Shown here: in pieces, positions 1 through 9,765 of the stretch
Numbering within the stretch: position 1 is the stretch's first letter
Layout of the letters: each line of letters starts with the position of its first letter
From: Candidatus Izemoplasmatales bacterium
GTDB lineage: Bacteria > Bacillota_I > Bacilli_A > Izemoplasmatales > Hujiaoplasmataceae
Direction: 5' to 3'
NCBI GenBank assembly: GCA_050949045.1
Contig: JBMNEZ010000001.1
Coordinates: forward strand, 640,001 to 704,000
DNA: 64,000 nt
The notes under the pieces: model-generated
The model's database searches: none
Seen by the model: only the letters and a program-made list of their open reading frames with translations
Told to the model about the DNA's origin: nothing
Position numbers and translations under genes: made by a program

Positions 1-1278
1 ACCGTCTTTGAAAGTCACCACTTCCCCATTATCGAGCATGATGATCTGTTCCTCGACAAATCCATAATCGATAGCCAGGTTGAACTGGGCGAGTTGTAGC
101 CTGTACTCCCCATTTATCGGCACTAAAAACTTGGGTTTAAGCAAGTTGTAGAGCAGTTTGATGTCTTCGGTGGAGGCGTGGAAGAACGACAAGATCTTCT
201 TGTCGATGCGAACCAAATCGAGACCGATCCTGAGGAGCGTGTCATAGGTCCTCGCAGCGATCCTCTCGGTGCCGATCAGTGGCGGGCAGAGCATCAGGAC
301 AGTGTCAGTTTCCTTGAGTTTGACGAGCCTGTCGATTCCCTTCGCCATCCGCTGTAGCATGTAGAAAGGCTCATGTCTCTCTCCGGTGACGAGAAAGACA
401 AAGTCATCGAAATCGTTGTCGTTTTCCTCGTCAATAAACTTCAAATTGACGAGCCTGTCCTTCGGAACTTGGATGTAGCCCATTTTCTCGCCAATATCGA
501 CAAGCCTTTGCGCTTTTCTGCCGATAATCGAGATCTTCTTGTCAAAGGCGACCGCCTCGTTAACGACTCGCTGAATATTCGAGAGCTCGGTTGAATACAT
601 GGCGACGATGATGCGGTGACGCGCATTCTCGATTGTCGAGCGGATCTTGTGCGTCAGTTGGAAATCGGTGGATGTATGCCCGACCATCATCGCCCCTGCC
701 GATTCCGCCAACAGAGCGAGTACGCCTTCTTCATGATAACTGGCGATCTTCAAAAAGTCTGTGCTGTAGAATGGTCCAACATTCTGATCAAATGTGAAAT
801 CGGTCGCATAAATGATGACCCCGTCGGGGGTGTGGACGGCGATTCCCGAGGTTTCGGGAACCGAATGCGTCGTTGAAAAGAAATCGACCGAAAAACCGTC
901 GAAATGGATTTTCTCGTCATAACCAACGATCCGGAAGGAATACTCTTCCGGGTTCATCTTGTATTCCTTCATGTAGTCTTTGATGACCGCCACGGCGAAG
1001 TTGGTGCCGTAGACAGTCGTTTTGATCTGTGAAAGCAGCATCGGCAAGGCGCCGATCTGCTTGTCGTGTGCATGAGAAACGAAAACTCCCAAGATGTCTT
1101 CCTTGCGTCCTTCAAGATAACTGATATCGGGGATGATCGCGTCAACACCCAAAAGCGTCCCGGAAGGATGTTTCAAACCGGCGTCGAGAACGATGATCTT
1201 GCCTTCGATATCCAGGCAATACATGTTCTTGCCGTTTTCGCCCAGTCCTCCGAGCGCAAAAAATTTGATGACTGCCAT
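1..1278 (-). CDS. rnjB: Ribonuclease J, J2-like with degenerate active-site motifs; 3' end truncated by window edge
   Basis: Not in the ORF track because it runs off the window. My translation from ATG at 1278 gives MAVIKFFALGGLGENGKNMY (RNase J N-terminus), FVSHAHDKQIGALP and VPINGEYR. RBS-like AAGGAAG at 1284-1290. Confidence 0.88.
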   Translation of the reverse strand, partial: MAVIKFFALGGLGENGKNMYCLDIEGKIIVLDAGLKHPSGTLLGVDAIIPDISYLEGRKEDILGVFVSHAHDKQIGALPMLLSQIKTTVYGTNFAVAVIKDYMKEYKMNPEEYSFRIVGYDEKIHFDGFSVDFFSTTHSVPETSGIAVHTPDGVIIYATDFTFDQNVGPFYSTDFLKIASYHEEGVLALLAESAGAMMVGHTSTDFQLTHKIRSTIENARHRIIVAMYSTELSNIQRVVNEAVAFDKKISIIGRKAQRLVDIGEKMGYIQVPKDRLVNLKFIDEENDNDFDDFVFLVTGERHEPFYMLQRMAKGIDRLVKLKETDTVLMLCPPLIGTERIAARTYDTLLRIGLDLVRIDKKILSFFHASTEDIKLLYNLLKPKFLVPINGEYRLQLAQFNLAIDYGFVEEQIIMLDNGEVVTFKDG

Positions 1279-1436
1279 AATATCTTCCTTTCTGGCTGAG
1301 CCAGCTTCCCTATTATTATACAATGAAAGACCGCTTTTTGATACAATATGTCAAAAAGAATGCGTTCGATTTTTTCAAGTGATTAAGAAACAAAAAATTC
1401 TAGACTATGATACAATGTTTATCGGTGAATGTGTGT

Positions 1437-2024
1437 ATGGTCAAGTATCCGATCAAAAAAAGTGTAACCAGTAAATTCAAGCGCTCCCAAGCCAACCGCG
1501 GAATGAATCTCGAGGAAGCCATCAACGAAACCAATCGGTATTATGCCGCGAACGACATCGCTTATATTTACAAGAAACCGATCCCGATCCAAATCGTCAA
1601 GGTCGACTACGAGCGACGGAGCGCTGCTAGAATCAGTGAAGCGTATTACAAAGTCCCATCAACGACCGATTATAACGGTATCTACCGGGGACGCTACATC
1701 GATTTTGAGGCAAAAGAGACGAAGACAAAGACTTCGTTTCCGCTCAAAAATCTCCATAGTCACCAAATCAACCACCTTGACAATGTCAAAAGGCATGGCG
1801 GCATCAGTTTCCTGATCGTGCATTTTTCGCTGCTTGGCAGGACCTTCCTGCTTGATAGCCGGCATGTCCTTGCCTATAGCAATGTTCAAAATGGCAGACG
1901 GTCGATACCCTTATCGGAGTTTGAAAAGAACGGTCTGGAAATCAAAGAGGGCTATTTGAAACGGATCGACTATCTGAAAGAAGTCGACAAGTATTACTTC
2001 AACGAGAAAGAAGGGACTGAATAA
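1437..2024 (+). CDS. recU: Holliday junction resolvase RecU
   Basis: NRGMNLEEAINETN, KKPIPIQIV, STTDYNGIYRGRYIDFEAKET, HQINHL motifs. Start placed at MVKYP (1437); TGaTACAAT extended -10 at 1408-1416. Confidence 0.95.
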   Translation: MVKYPIKKSVTSKFKRSQANRGMNLEEAINETNRYYAANDIAYIYKKPIPIQIVKVDYERRSAARISEAYYKVPSTTDYNGIYRGRYIDFEAKETKTKTSFPLKNLHSHQINHLDNVKRHGGISFLIVHFSLLGRTFLLDSRHVLAYSNVQNGRRSIPLSEFEKNGLEIKEGYLKRIDYLKEVDKYYFNEKEGTE

Positions 2025-2037
2025 AAAGTCCCTTTTT
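2011..2037. terminator. Bidirectional intrinsic terminator between convergent recU and htpG
   Basis: AAGGGACT (2011-2018) / AGTCCCTT (2027-2034) stem followed by a T-run; recU stop codon lies in the loop. Confidence 0.7.
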
Positions 2038-2045
2038 ATCTGCAC

Positions 2046-3962
2046 TCAGTTCTTGGCGGCTTTGATCAAAAGCGATATCATCTGCTTTTGGAAAGCCACC
2101 GGGTCTTTGACAGGCAAACCCTCGATCAGAAGCGCCTGATTATAGAGAACCCAAGCGTAGTCATCGAGTTCACCCTCACCGCGTTTACTGACGTCCTCAA
2201 TCGCTTTGAAGAGCTCGTGCTTCGGGTTTATCTCCAAAATTTTATCAGCTTTGATGTTTTTCTCCCCAGGCATCTGTTTGATGACTTTTTCCATCTCGAA
2301 CGATAAACCCTCACCGCTGACGAGACAGACAGGGGAATCGGTGAGTCTTGTCGAAAGTTTGACATCTTTGACCTCGTCCTTGAGGATTTCTTTCAATTGG
2401 TCCAAAAGTCCCTTGTTTCTGGTTTCAAGCTCCTTAAGTTCTTCTTTTTCTTTGTCATCAAGGATGTTGAGGTCGCCCTGATTGATCGATTTGAATTGGT
2501 GCTTGTCGTATTCCCCGAGGACTGAAATCATGAACTCATCGACGTCATCGGTCAGGACGAGCACGTCATAGCCCTTCTGTTTAATGAGGTCCATCTGTGG
2601 GGAGATCTTGATCGCATCTTTGGAGACCGAGGAGCCAAAATAGATGTGTTCCTGGTCTTTCGGCATCGCTTCGACATACTCCTTCAAAGTGATCATCTCA
2701 TCCTTGTTCACGCTCTCAAAGACAAGCAGATCTTTAAGCAGGTCTTTGTTCTGGCCAAAATTGTCATAGACGCCGAATTTGATGTTTACACCGAATTCTT
2801 TCCAGAATTTCAGATATTTTTCCCGGTCGTTTTTCAAGGTTTTTTCAAACTCTGCCAGGATTTTTTTCTCAAGATTCTGGCCGATTTTGACAAGTTGCCG
2901 ATTGTGCTGCAAGATCTCCCGGGAAATATTCAAAGAAAAATCCGGCGAGACGACGAGGCCTTTGATGAAGCGGAGGTAATCGGGAACGAGCTCCTTGCAC
3001 TTGTCCATGATGAAGACGCCTTTGGCATATAACTGCAGGCCTTTTTCATATTTTTCTGAATAAAGATTATAGGGTGCTTTGGAGGGAATGAAAACGAGAG
3101 CTTTGTAGGTGAGCGCTCCTTCGACATCGGTCCAGATATTGATTAAATAATTCTCGTAATCATAATAGGTCGACTTGTAAAACTCCTGAAGTTCTTCTTC
3201 CTTGACCTCGGTTTTAGCCTTGTTCCAGATGGGAACCATCTGATTCATGATTTCGTTTTCAACGACGGTTTCGAACTCGTTTTCGATATCCTTGCCGTCC
3301 TTATCCTTTTTTGGAATGCGTTTCTCGCGTTCCATCGTGATCGGATAACGGATATAATCAGAATACTTTTTGACGAGACTCTTGATTTTGTATTCTTCTA
3401 AGAAAATGTCATAGTCTTCGCCATCTTCATTCTTGCGGATAAAAAGCGTCACCTCGGTGCCGTGATCGCTCTTGTTGGCTTCTTCGATCGTGAAATCCTC
3501 TTCGCCCTGGCTAACCCATTTGTAAGCCTTGTCGGAATAAGGGGACTTGGAGACGACTTGGACTTTCTTCGATACCATGAACGCCGAATAGAACCCGACA
3601 CCAAACTGGCCGATCAGGTCAATATCTTTCATTTCTTTGCCTTGGACCTTTTTCAAGAACTCAAGCGTCCCGCTCCGGGCGATCGTTCCGAGGTTGTCGA
3701 GCAATTCCTCTTTGGTCATGCCGATGCCGTTGTCAGCGATCGTGATTTTGCGTTTCTTCCGGTCGACATCGATATGGATCTCGTATTCGTTGGTTTTCTC
3801 GAGTTTTTCATCGGTCAGGCTCGAGAGATGATATTTGTCGATCGCATCAGACGCATTCGCGATCAGTTCGCGAAGAAAGATTTCCTTGTTGGTGTAGATC
3901 GAGTTGATCATCAGATTAAGAAGCCGCTTTGATTCGGTTTTAAACTTCATTGTTTCTTTCAT
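2046..3962 (-). CDS. htpG: Molecular chaperone HtpG (Hsp90)
   Basis: NKEIFLRELIANASDA, DNGIGMT, IGQFGVGFYSAF, LNISREILQ, LEINPKH motifs. AGGAGGT RBS at 3968-3974 supports start at 3962. Confidence 0.98.
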   Translation of the reverse strand: MKETMKFKTESKRLLNLMINSIYTNKEIFLRELIANASDAIDKYHLSSLTDEKLEKTNEYEIHIDVDRKKRKITIADNGIGMTKEELLDNLGTIARSGTLEFLKKVQGKEMKDIDLIGQFGVGFYSAFMVSKKVQVVSKSPYSDKAYKWVSQGEEDFTIEEANKSDHGTEVTLFIRKNEDGEDYDIFLEEYKIKSLVKKYSDYIRYPITMEREKRIPKKDKDGKDIENEFETVVENEIMNQMVPIWNKAKTEVKEEELQEFYKSTYYDYENYLINIWTDVEGALTYKALVFIPSKAPYNLYSEKYEKGLQLYAKGVFIMDKCKELVPDYLRFIKGLVVSPDFSLNISREILQHNRQLVKIGQNLEKKILAEFEKTLKNDREKYLKFWKEFGVNIKFGVYDNFGQNKDLLKDLLVFESVNKDEMITLKEYVEAMPKDQEHIYFGSSVSKDAIKISPQMDLIKQKGYDVLVLTDDVDEFMISVLGEYDKHQFKSINQGDLNILDDKEKEELKELETRNKGLLDQLKEILKDEVKDVKLSTRLTDSPVCLVSGEGLSFEMEKVIKQMPGEKNIKADKILEINPKHELFKAIEDVSKRGEGELDDYAWVLYNQALLIEGLPVKDPVAFQKQMISLLIKAAKN

Positions 3963-3991
3963 GGGATACCTCCTAAGACTTGTCAAGTAAT

Positions 3992-4033
3992 ATTATATCA
4001 CACTTTTTAGCACTGTCAACTATTGAGTGCTAA
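3992..4033 (-). promoter_or_regulatory. SigA promoter of htpG overlapped by a CIRCE (HrcA operator)
   Basis: TTAGCACTG-N9-GAGTGCTAA at 4007-4033 (one mismatch to TTAGCACTC-N9-GAGTGCTAA). Minus-strand TTGACA (4014-4019), 16 nt, TGaTATAAT (-10 at 3992-3997). Confidence 0.9.
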
Positions 4034-4060
4034 CGGCAGTAACATTTATTATGAACCGTC

Positions 4061-4654
4061 CTAGTCAAAACCTATGATTCCCCTCTGATGGAGAATGGAC
4101 CCGACCACGACGCACAGAATGGCCGAAGGGATTAGGTAGAGTGAGTTGTAAAGAAAGGAGCCGACGATAATAACGGCGTTTTCCGAAGTGAAGAGACTGC
4201 CAAGATTGATTCCAAAAAGAGTGTTCATGAATTCGATTTCATCCGGAATAAAGACCCGCCAATAAAGAATGCCGGTCACAGAGGCCACAATAAGTCTCAA
4301 AAGGCTTCCAATGACGATGCCAATTGCGAACCGGCTGCTTTTTTCTTTTGCCTTTGGGATCAACCCGGCAACCCCCAGCACCATGAACGTAACCAGGTAA
4401 TCCATGATGTATTGCGGCAGCGACAGGAAATACACTTTGACCAGCGTTTGCAGGATGCCGAAGATCGCTCCGCCGGCGACCCCGTATTTCCAGCCCCTTT
4501 TCACCGAGATCATGAAGATCGGCAACATCGCCAAAGAAATGCTTCCTCCGAAAGGAAACGAGTAGATCGAGCCAAAGATAAGATCCAGAATCATCGCGAT
4601 CGCGACGAAGATACCCGTCTCGATCAATGCTTTGAGGCTTTCGTTTCGCTCCAT
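4061..4654 (-). CDS. thiT: ECF S-component, thiamine transporter ThiT
   Basis: PFGGSISLAMLPI, QYIMDY, GSFLYNSLY motifs; about 6 TM segments; TPP riboswitch directly upstream. Confidence 0.9.
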   Translation of the reverse strand: MERNESLKALIETGIFVAIAMILDLIFGSIYSFPFGGSISLAMLPIFMISVKRGWKYGVAGGAIFGILQTLVKVYFLSLPQYIMDYLVTFMVLGVAGLIPKAKEKSSRFAIGIVIGSLLRLIVASVTGILYWRVFIPDEIEFMNTLFGINLGSLFTSENAVIIVGSFLYNSLYLIPSAILCVVVGSILHQRGIIGFD

Positions 4655-4669
4655 GATTGTCGCTCCTTT

Positions 4670-4800
4670 AAAAAAATAAAACCCCTTTGACATTAAAGGG
4701 GTCTGAGGCAGACGGATGTTCCTACGCTGGCATTATCCAGATCAGGTAAGGTCAATAACGGAATAGTTATACTCTCAGCCCGTTTCCGCGAGCTCCCCTT
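4670..4800 (-). ncRNA. TPP riboswitch with terminator expression platform
   Basis: Minus strand GGGGAGC...GCTGAGAG...GACCTT ACCTGATCTGGATAATGCCAGCGTAGG, then hairpin ACCCCTTT-aatgtc-AAAGGGGT and T-run. Promoter TTGCTT-17-TATAAT at 4814-4842. Confidence 0.95.
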
Positions 4801-4858
4801 ATTTGTCATTAACATTATACCACTACTGAACGATTCAAGCAATCATCTAATGTCATTG

Positions 4859-6151
4859 TCAGCCGATAATCTTTTCAATGATTCTCGGCGGTTTGACGAC
4901 CGTATCCGCAAAACTGAATGCCTGATCGAGAAGCGATAATGTGTCTTTGTCGATCGGCTTATTGGCGTATAACTCACAAAGGACATCGCCCTGATTAACT
5001 TTGTCGCCGATTTTGTGCTTGAGGACGATGCCGACCATCGGGTCGATGATGTCGTCTTTTTTTTCTCTTCCGCTGCCAAGGCGCATCGAAGCAATCCCGA
5101 TCGGAAGAGCGTCGATTCTTGCAATATAACCCTCTTCTCGCGCCTTATAGGGATAGACTTCCCTGACCTTGACAAAATCCTTCAAACCGGCGATATGGCC
5201 GCCTTGAGCCTCGATAAACTGATAGAACTTGTCGAGGGCGAGGCCATTTTTAAGATTGGCGCTCGCTAAAGCTTTGGCCTCTGCCTTCGAAGCGGAAAGA
5301 CCGCCACGCCAAACCATCTCGGCGGCGATCTCCAGACAAAGCTCCCTGAGATCCTGAGGACCTCTGCCGGAAAGGGTCTCAATTGCCTCCATGACTTCAA
5401 GACGGTTGCCGATGGCGTAGCCCAAGGGTTGGTCCATCCCGCTCAAAACGGCGAAGACCTTCTTGTCAAAACTCTTCCCGATGGCTACCATCAGGCGTGA
5501 CAATTCGATCCCGTCTTCAATAGTCTTCATGAATGCACCGCTGCCGATCTTGACATCAAGGCAGATGACATCGGCGCCGCTGGCCAACTTCTTGCTCATG
5601 ATGCTCGAGGCGATGAGCGGCATCGATGATACCGTGCCTGTGACATCCCGAAGCGAATACAGGAGTTTGTCGGCGGGAACGATGCTTGCCGTCTGGCCGC
5701 TGATTGCGATATTGATCTTGTTGACCTGATCGATGAAATGCGCTGACGAGAGCGCAATCGAACAGCCTTCGATCGACTCCAACTTGTCAAGAGTCCCCCC
5801 GGTATGTCCCAGACCCCGACCGGATAATTTGGCGAGTTTGGCGCCCATCGAAGCTACCAGCGGGCCAAGAACAAGCGTCGTCTTGTCGCCAACGCCACCG
5901 GTCGAATGTTTATCGACCTTGACGCCGTCGATCATCGACAAGTCAATTATCTCACCGCTATAAAGCATGGCTTTGGTCAGATATGTGGCTTCCAGATCAT
6001 TCATGCCATTGATATAAGCAGCCATTAACAAGGCACTGACCTGATAATCGGGAATTTCCCCTTTCACATAATTGTCGATCGCATACTTGACCTCCTGTTC
6101 GCTAAGAGACAGGCCATCGCGTTTTTTTACAATGATATCGATCATTCTCAA
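4859..6151 (-). CDS. pdp: Pyrimidine-nucleoside phosphorylase
   Basis: VDKHSTGGVGDKT, KLSGRGLGHTGGTLDKLES, SSIMSKKLA motifs. TTG start (MRMIDII) with GGGGTG RBS. Confidence 0.96.
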   Translation of the reverse strand: MRMIDIIVKKRDGLSLSEQEVKYAIDNYVKGEIPDYQVSALLMAAYINGMNDLEATYLTKAMLYSGEIIDLSMIDGVKVDKHSTGGVGDKTTLVLGPLVASMGAKLAKLSGRGLGHTGGTLDKLESIEGCSIALSSAHFIDQVNKINIAISGQTASIVPADKLLYSLRDVTGTVSSMPLIASSIMSKKLASGADVICLDVKIGSGAFMKTIEDGIELSRLMVAIGKSFDKKVFAVLSGMDQPLGYAIGNRLEVMEAIETLSGRGPQDLRELCLEIAAEMVWRGGLSASKAEAKALASANLKNGLALDKFYQFIEAQGGHIAGLKDFVKVREVYPYKAREEGYIARIDALPIGIASMRLGSGREKKDDIIDPMVGIVLKHKIGDKVNQGDVLCELYANKPIDKDTLSLLDQAFSFADTVVKPPRIIEKIIG

Positions 6152-6221
6152 TCTGATCACCCCGACATAAAAATTATACCATATTTCCGGCTGCTAGTGT
6201 ATAATAGTTAACGGTGATTCA

Positions 6222-6812
6222 ATGACACAGCTAATCATGATCAGGCACGGGCAGACCGACGCCAACAAGCAGTTCCTGATCCAAGGGCGGACCGACAATC
6301 CGTTGAACATTACGGGGATCAAACAGGCGCGACAGACTGCTATGTATTTAAAAACTCACGGTTATGAATTTGACAACATCTATTCCTCGCCCCTCAAAAG
6401 ATCTGTTTTAACGGCTCAGACTATCGTCGACGTTATCAATCCTAATTTAAAGATTATTATACATCAATGCCTCCGTGAACGCGACTTTGGCGATTTTGAG
6501 GGACGCGTAATTGATCAAACCTACTATGATATGGTCAACAATAATATCATACCCAATATGGAAAAAAACGGCGCCCTCGAAGAAAGAGTCAGCTTAACCC
6601 TCAAAGAAATCGCCATAAAAAATCCCCACAAAAGGATTCTCATCGCAACCCATTCACATGTCATCAAAGCGATGTTTGTGAATCTGGTCGATGGATTTCA
6701 ATACTCTTCTTTGCTTCCTAACTGCGCCATCAATATTTTGGAATACGATAGCGATAGTTTCAGAGTAATCCAGCACAATCTGGATCCCCTAAAAATAGCA
6801 ACTCATAATTGA
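6222..6812 (+). CDS. Histidine phosphatase (phosphoglycerate mutase family)
   Basis: RHGQT, SSPLKRS, LRERDFGDFEG, ATHSHVI motifs. Confidence 0.9.
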   Translation: MTQLIMIRHGQTDANKQFLIQGRTDNPLNITGIKQARQTAMYLKTHGYEFDNIYSSPLKRSVLTAQTIVDVINPNLKIIIHQCLRERDFGDFEGRVIDQTYYDMVNNNIIPNMEKNGALEERVSLTLKEIAIKNPHKRILIATHSHVIKAMFVNLVDGFQYSSLLPNCAINILEYDSDSFRVIQHNLDPLKIATHN

Positions 6813-6818
6813 AGCGAT

Positions 6819-6870
6819 AAGATGTTAGTAAACATAAAAAGCGTGTTTAATAACATCTTTTTATTTGTTT
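6819..6870 (+). terminator. AT-rich intrinsic terminator after histidine phosphatase
   Basis: AAGATGTTA-g-TAAACA / TGTTTA-a-TAACATCTT inverted repeat followed by a T-rich tract. Confidence 0.55.
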
Positions 6871-6896
6871 TTTAAAATACATAATCCTATTAAATA

Positions 6897-6930
6897 TAAA
6901 AAATAACGACTTTTTCAGCGAAAAGTCGTT
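6897..6930 (-). terminator. Terminator downstream of tRNA-Ala
   Basis: AACGACTTTT / AAAAGTCGTT stem followed by a minus-strand T-tract. Confidence 0.7.
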
Positions 6931-6943
6931 AAATACTGCATTC

Positions 6944-7019
6944 TGGTGGAACTGACGAGGATCGAACTCGCGACCCCCACAATGCCATTGTGGTGCTCTC
7001 CCAGCTGAGCTACAGTCCC
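6944..7019 (-). tRNA. tRNA-Ala(GGC)
   Basis: 76-nt cloverleaf GGGACTG...CAGTTCCACCA; G3:U70 alanine identity pair; anticodon loop ATGGCAT; TTCGATC T-loop; encoded CCA. Confidence 0.98.
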
Positions 7020-7063
7020 ATGAAGGCGGCAAGGGATCCCGCCGCTATTTTTGCCAGTTGTTA

Positions 7064-8746
7064 TTATATCATCAAAGCCTGTCTTTTGAAAAGAGAAATA
7101 TCGAAGAAATAGTTGATCGGCTCAAGCGGGACATAACTGGTCCCGTTATAGGGATTGAATTCACCCACTGTATTCTCCAAATCTAGCGCGAGCAGCTCTC
7201 TCATATAGAAAGACGAGGCGGTTATGTTTTTACCCAATTCTAGGAAGATATAGCGGTCCGAGTCGAAAACATAATCGACGGCGCCGATAGTGTAGTATTT
7301 ATCCGGTTCAATCGCAATACCGTTCTTATACAGTCTTCCCTCCGAATAAGAGACTTGATCATCAAAGTACAGGTCATAAGGATCGCTGGTGTAAAAGCTT
7401 GTCAGTTGCGCACCGGTGAGCTCACAGGTCTTGATCAAGTTGTCAAAGGGATAGATTACGACAAGATCGCCGTTGGTTACGGGACCTGATTGCATCGACA
7501 CCCGGAACCCGCCGCCGTTGACAATACCAAAATCGACTTGAGCGTAATCACGAATCACCGATGCCCCCCACGGTGCGAGAGCAGTTCTCCAGTAATCGCC
7601 TCCGGAAACAGCGAGCTCATGGTTGACATAGTTTTGATACTCATCGTCGTCATTATACTCGGATAACTTGGCATCGATTACGACACTGGTTCCACTCAAG
7701 TAATCTTCTCCAAGCACTGCTTGATTGTGGTTGACAACCATCTTGGTCTGTTTGTCGTAGACGAGTGTTATCCTGGTAAACAAGGAATGGTAATGATTGC
7801 TCGCTTGTGCAAAGGGAACTCCTAATACCGCATCCGCAATCGAAGTGTGCGTGTGCCCGTTGAAAATCGCATCAATGCTCTCCGAACCGGTAAGACTGGC
7901 AAATTCATAGTTTTGATAACTATTGTAGTTGTGGATCGAAAGGATGACGATGTCGCAGTTTTCATCGTTTCGAAGGATCTTCGCATATTTTTTTACTGTC
8001 GTCAATTCATCCAGAAAAGTGATGTTCTTGAGTCTGGACGCCGAAATCGATCCTTGGAGTTGGCCGATGACACCGATCACCCCCACCCTCACATCATTGA
8101 TTACAGAGATATGGTAGGGGGACGTCCAAGGCAAAGGTTCAAGCGTATCCGCATAAACAATGTTGGCTGCGAGGATCGGGAAATCGGCTTCGCCGTTTTC
8201 TTCGTTGCCGTCGCAATACTCGCTGATCACCTCAATTCCCCAGTCAAACTCATGATTCCCAATTGTAAAGGCATCGAAGCCGATCAGATTCATCGCCTCG
8301 ATGATCGGCAGCCCGTGGTAGTAGTTCGAAAGAGCTGTGCCTTGAAGCATATCGCCATGAGCATATATGAGCACGTTGTCGCCGGCGGCTTTTCGGTCCA
8401 ACAGATACTTGCCGATGCCGGAAATCATCATAACATCGGAATAGGCCCCGCCATGGAAATCATTCATGCCATAGATTTCAATCGTTTGGTATCTGTCTGT
8501 CGCAACAGTCGTCGAAACCGCCGTAGGAGTGGAAACGGTTGTATTTACACTCGAAGGGACCATTGTGGTTGTCACAATGGTCGTCTGTGAAGACGTTGTC
8601 TTGGTTGAACTGTCGACAGAGGAAGAAAAAGCGGTGTTCCCTGTTGTCGTTATCGAGGTTGTGTTTTTTTTGGTGCTCGTAATCACATGGCAGCCGTAGG
8701 TGAAAACGAGAGCAGTTAAAATAATCAATCTCAGGATTTTTTTCAT
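7064..8746 (-). CDS. Bifunctional metallophosphoesterase/5'-nucleotidase lipoprotein
   Basis: Signal peptide with lipobox FTYG-C, Ser/Thr-rich linker, NDFHG, GDMLQG, GNHEFD, GHTH, NGGGFR, YPFDN motifs. Confidence 0.92.
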   Translation of the reverse strand: MKKILRLIILTALVFTYGCHVITSTKKNTTSITTTGNTAFSSSVDSSTKTTSSQTTIVTTTMVPSSVNTTVSTPTAVSTTVATDRYQTIEIYGMNDFHGGAYSDVMMISGIGKYLLDRKAAGDNVLIYAHGDMLQGTALSNYYHGLPIIEAMNLIGFDAFTIGNHEFDWGIEVISEYCDGNEENGEADFPILAANIVYADTLEPLPWTSPYHISVINDVRVGVIGVIGQLQGSISASRLKNITFLDELTTVKKYAKILRNDENCDIVILSIHNYNSYQNYEFASLTGSESIDAIFNGHTHTSIADAVLGVPFAQASNHYHSLFTRITLVYDKQTKMVVNHNQAVLGEDYLSGTSVVIDAKLSEYNDDDEYQNYVNHELAVSGGDYWRTALAPWGASVIRDYAQVDFGIVNGGGFRVSMQSGPVTNGDLVVIYPFDNLIKTCELTGAQLTSFYTSDPYDLYFDDQVSYSEGRLYKNGIAIEPDKYYTIGAVDYVFDSDRYIFLELGKNITASSFYMRELLALDLENTVGEFNPYNGTSYVPLEPINYFFDISLFKRQALMI

Positions 8747-8788
8747 CTTATTCCTCACATTCCGTCGTTATCCATTATACTTGATTAA

Positions 8789-9765
8789 CAAAAAAAGACA
8801 AGGTTCAAGATGAACCCTGTCTGTTAATGATTAGGACTGACTAATAGTAATGATCGATGATGTTGAGGATCGATTGTTTTTTCAAGAAGTCACGGGCAGC
8901 GCCGCTCATGTAATCGGCATCGGTCAGTGGATACTGGTCGAGCGGATTGATGCTGCAGAGAGTTTCAAGATCGGGAGTAATCTTGTTTCTGACGATCATC
9001 GAATTCAGGATCGCATTCTGTTTATTGGAATCGAGAGCCGCAATTGAAGCGACCGTGAAGTTTGCTTCTGTGAAGTCGGTAGCGCCAAGGGTATTGACAG
9101 CGATGATGAAATTGATGATCTCCGCCTTGGTGGTGATGCCAATAATGTTATAGGCATCTTCTTTGGCAAGAGCCGGTATCGCTCCACCGATATTCGCGTT
9201 TCCTTTAAGGAGATTATCGGTCGTCGCATGGATCGAGCCGCTGGCTAAGAATGTATTCCTGTTTGTTTCATTCATGAAAATCGTTGTGATCGAAGTGCCG
9301 CTCATTCCGTCGCTGAAATTATTGATTCCCAGCAATTTCAATGAAGTAAGCAGTTTGTTTAGTTCCGCCTTTTCAATTTGCTTGCTGGCGAGCGTCTCGA
9401 CAGTGATATCCTGTCGGAAGAACGAAGGCACGATCAGTTTGCCGCTGCCGGCGGGTGCTGTCTCATCAAGAGTCGGTGTCGTGAGCAGTTTATCAGAAAT
9501 CGTCGCCTGAATGATCTCTGATGCGAGAATTGTATCAAAACTATCGAGTTCGAAGATTACCGCAGGATTGAATGAGAAACCCGAAAAATCGTTAAGTCCA
9601 AGTTCGCCGAGGGCACTGACCAAAGCAACGAGTTCAGCATATTCGATATAGGTCACATCGCTGAGGGCGATCTTAATCAGATTGATGGTTCCGTAATATT
9701 TGTCCGGGATTTGAAGCGTCCCGCCCGTATCATTGATGATCCGGTCAGAGAACATCGCTTGGATC
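8789..9765. repeat. ~1-kb direct repeat, copy 1 (3' end and terminator of gene B)
   Basis: Aligns to 13165-14139 at offset 4377/4374 with one 3-nt indel and long identical runs. Confidence 0.9.
8790..8822 (-). terminator. Intrinsic terminator of giant repeat gene B
   Basis: AGACAGGGTTCA-tct-TGAACCTTGTCT followed by T-run on minus strand; nearly identical to 13166-13199. Confidence 0.85.

Noticed and set aside
6222..6944. AT-rich segment at the tRNA-Ala 3' end as an integrated island
   Set aside because: No integrase and no duplicated tRNA 3' end were seen; the AT-rich part is explained by two terminators.
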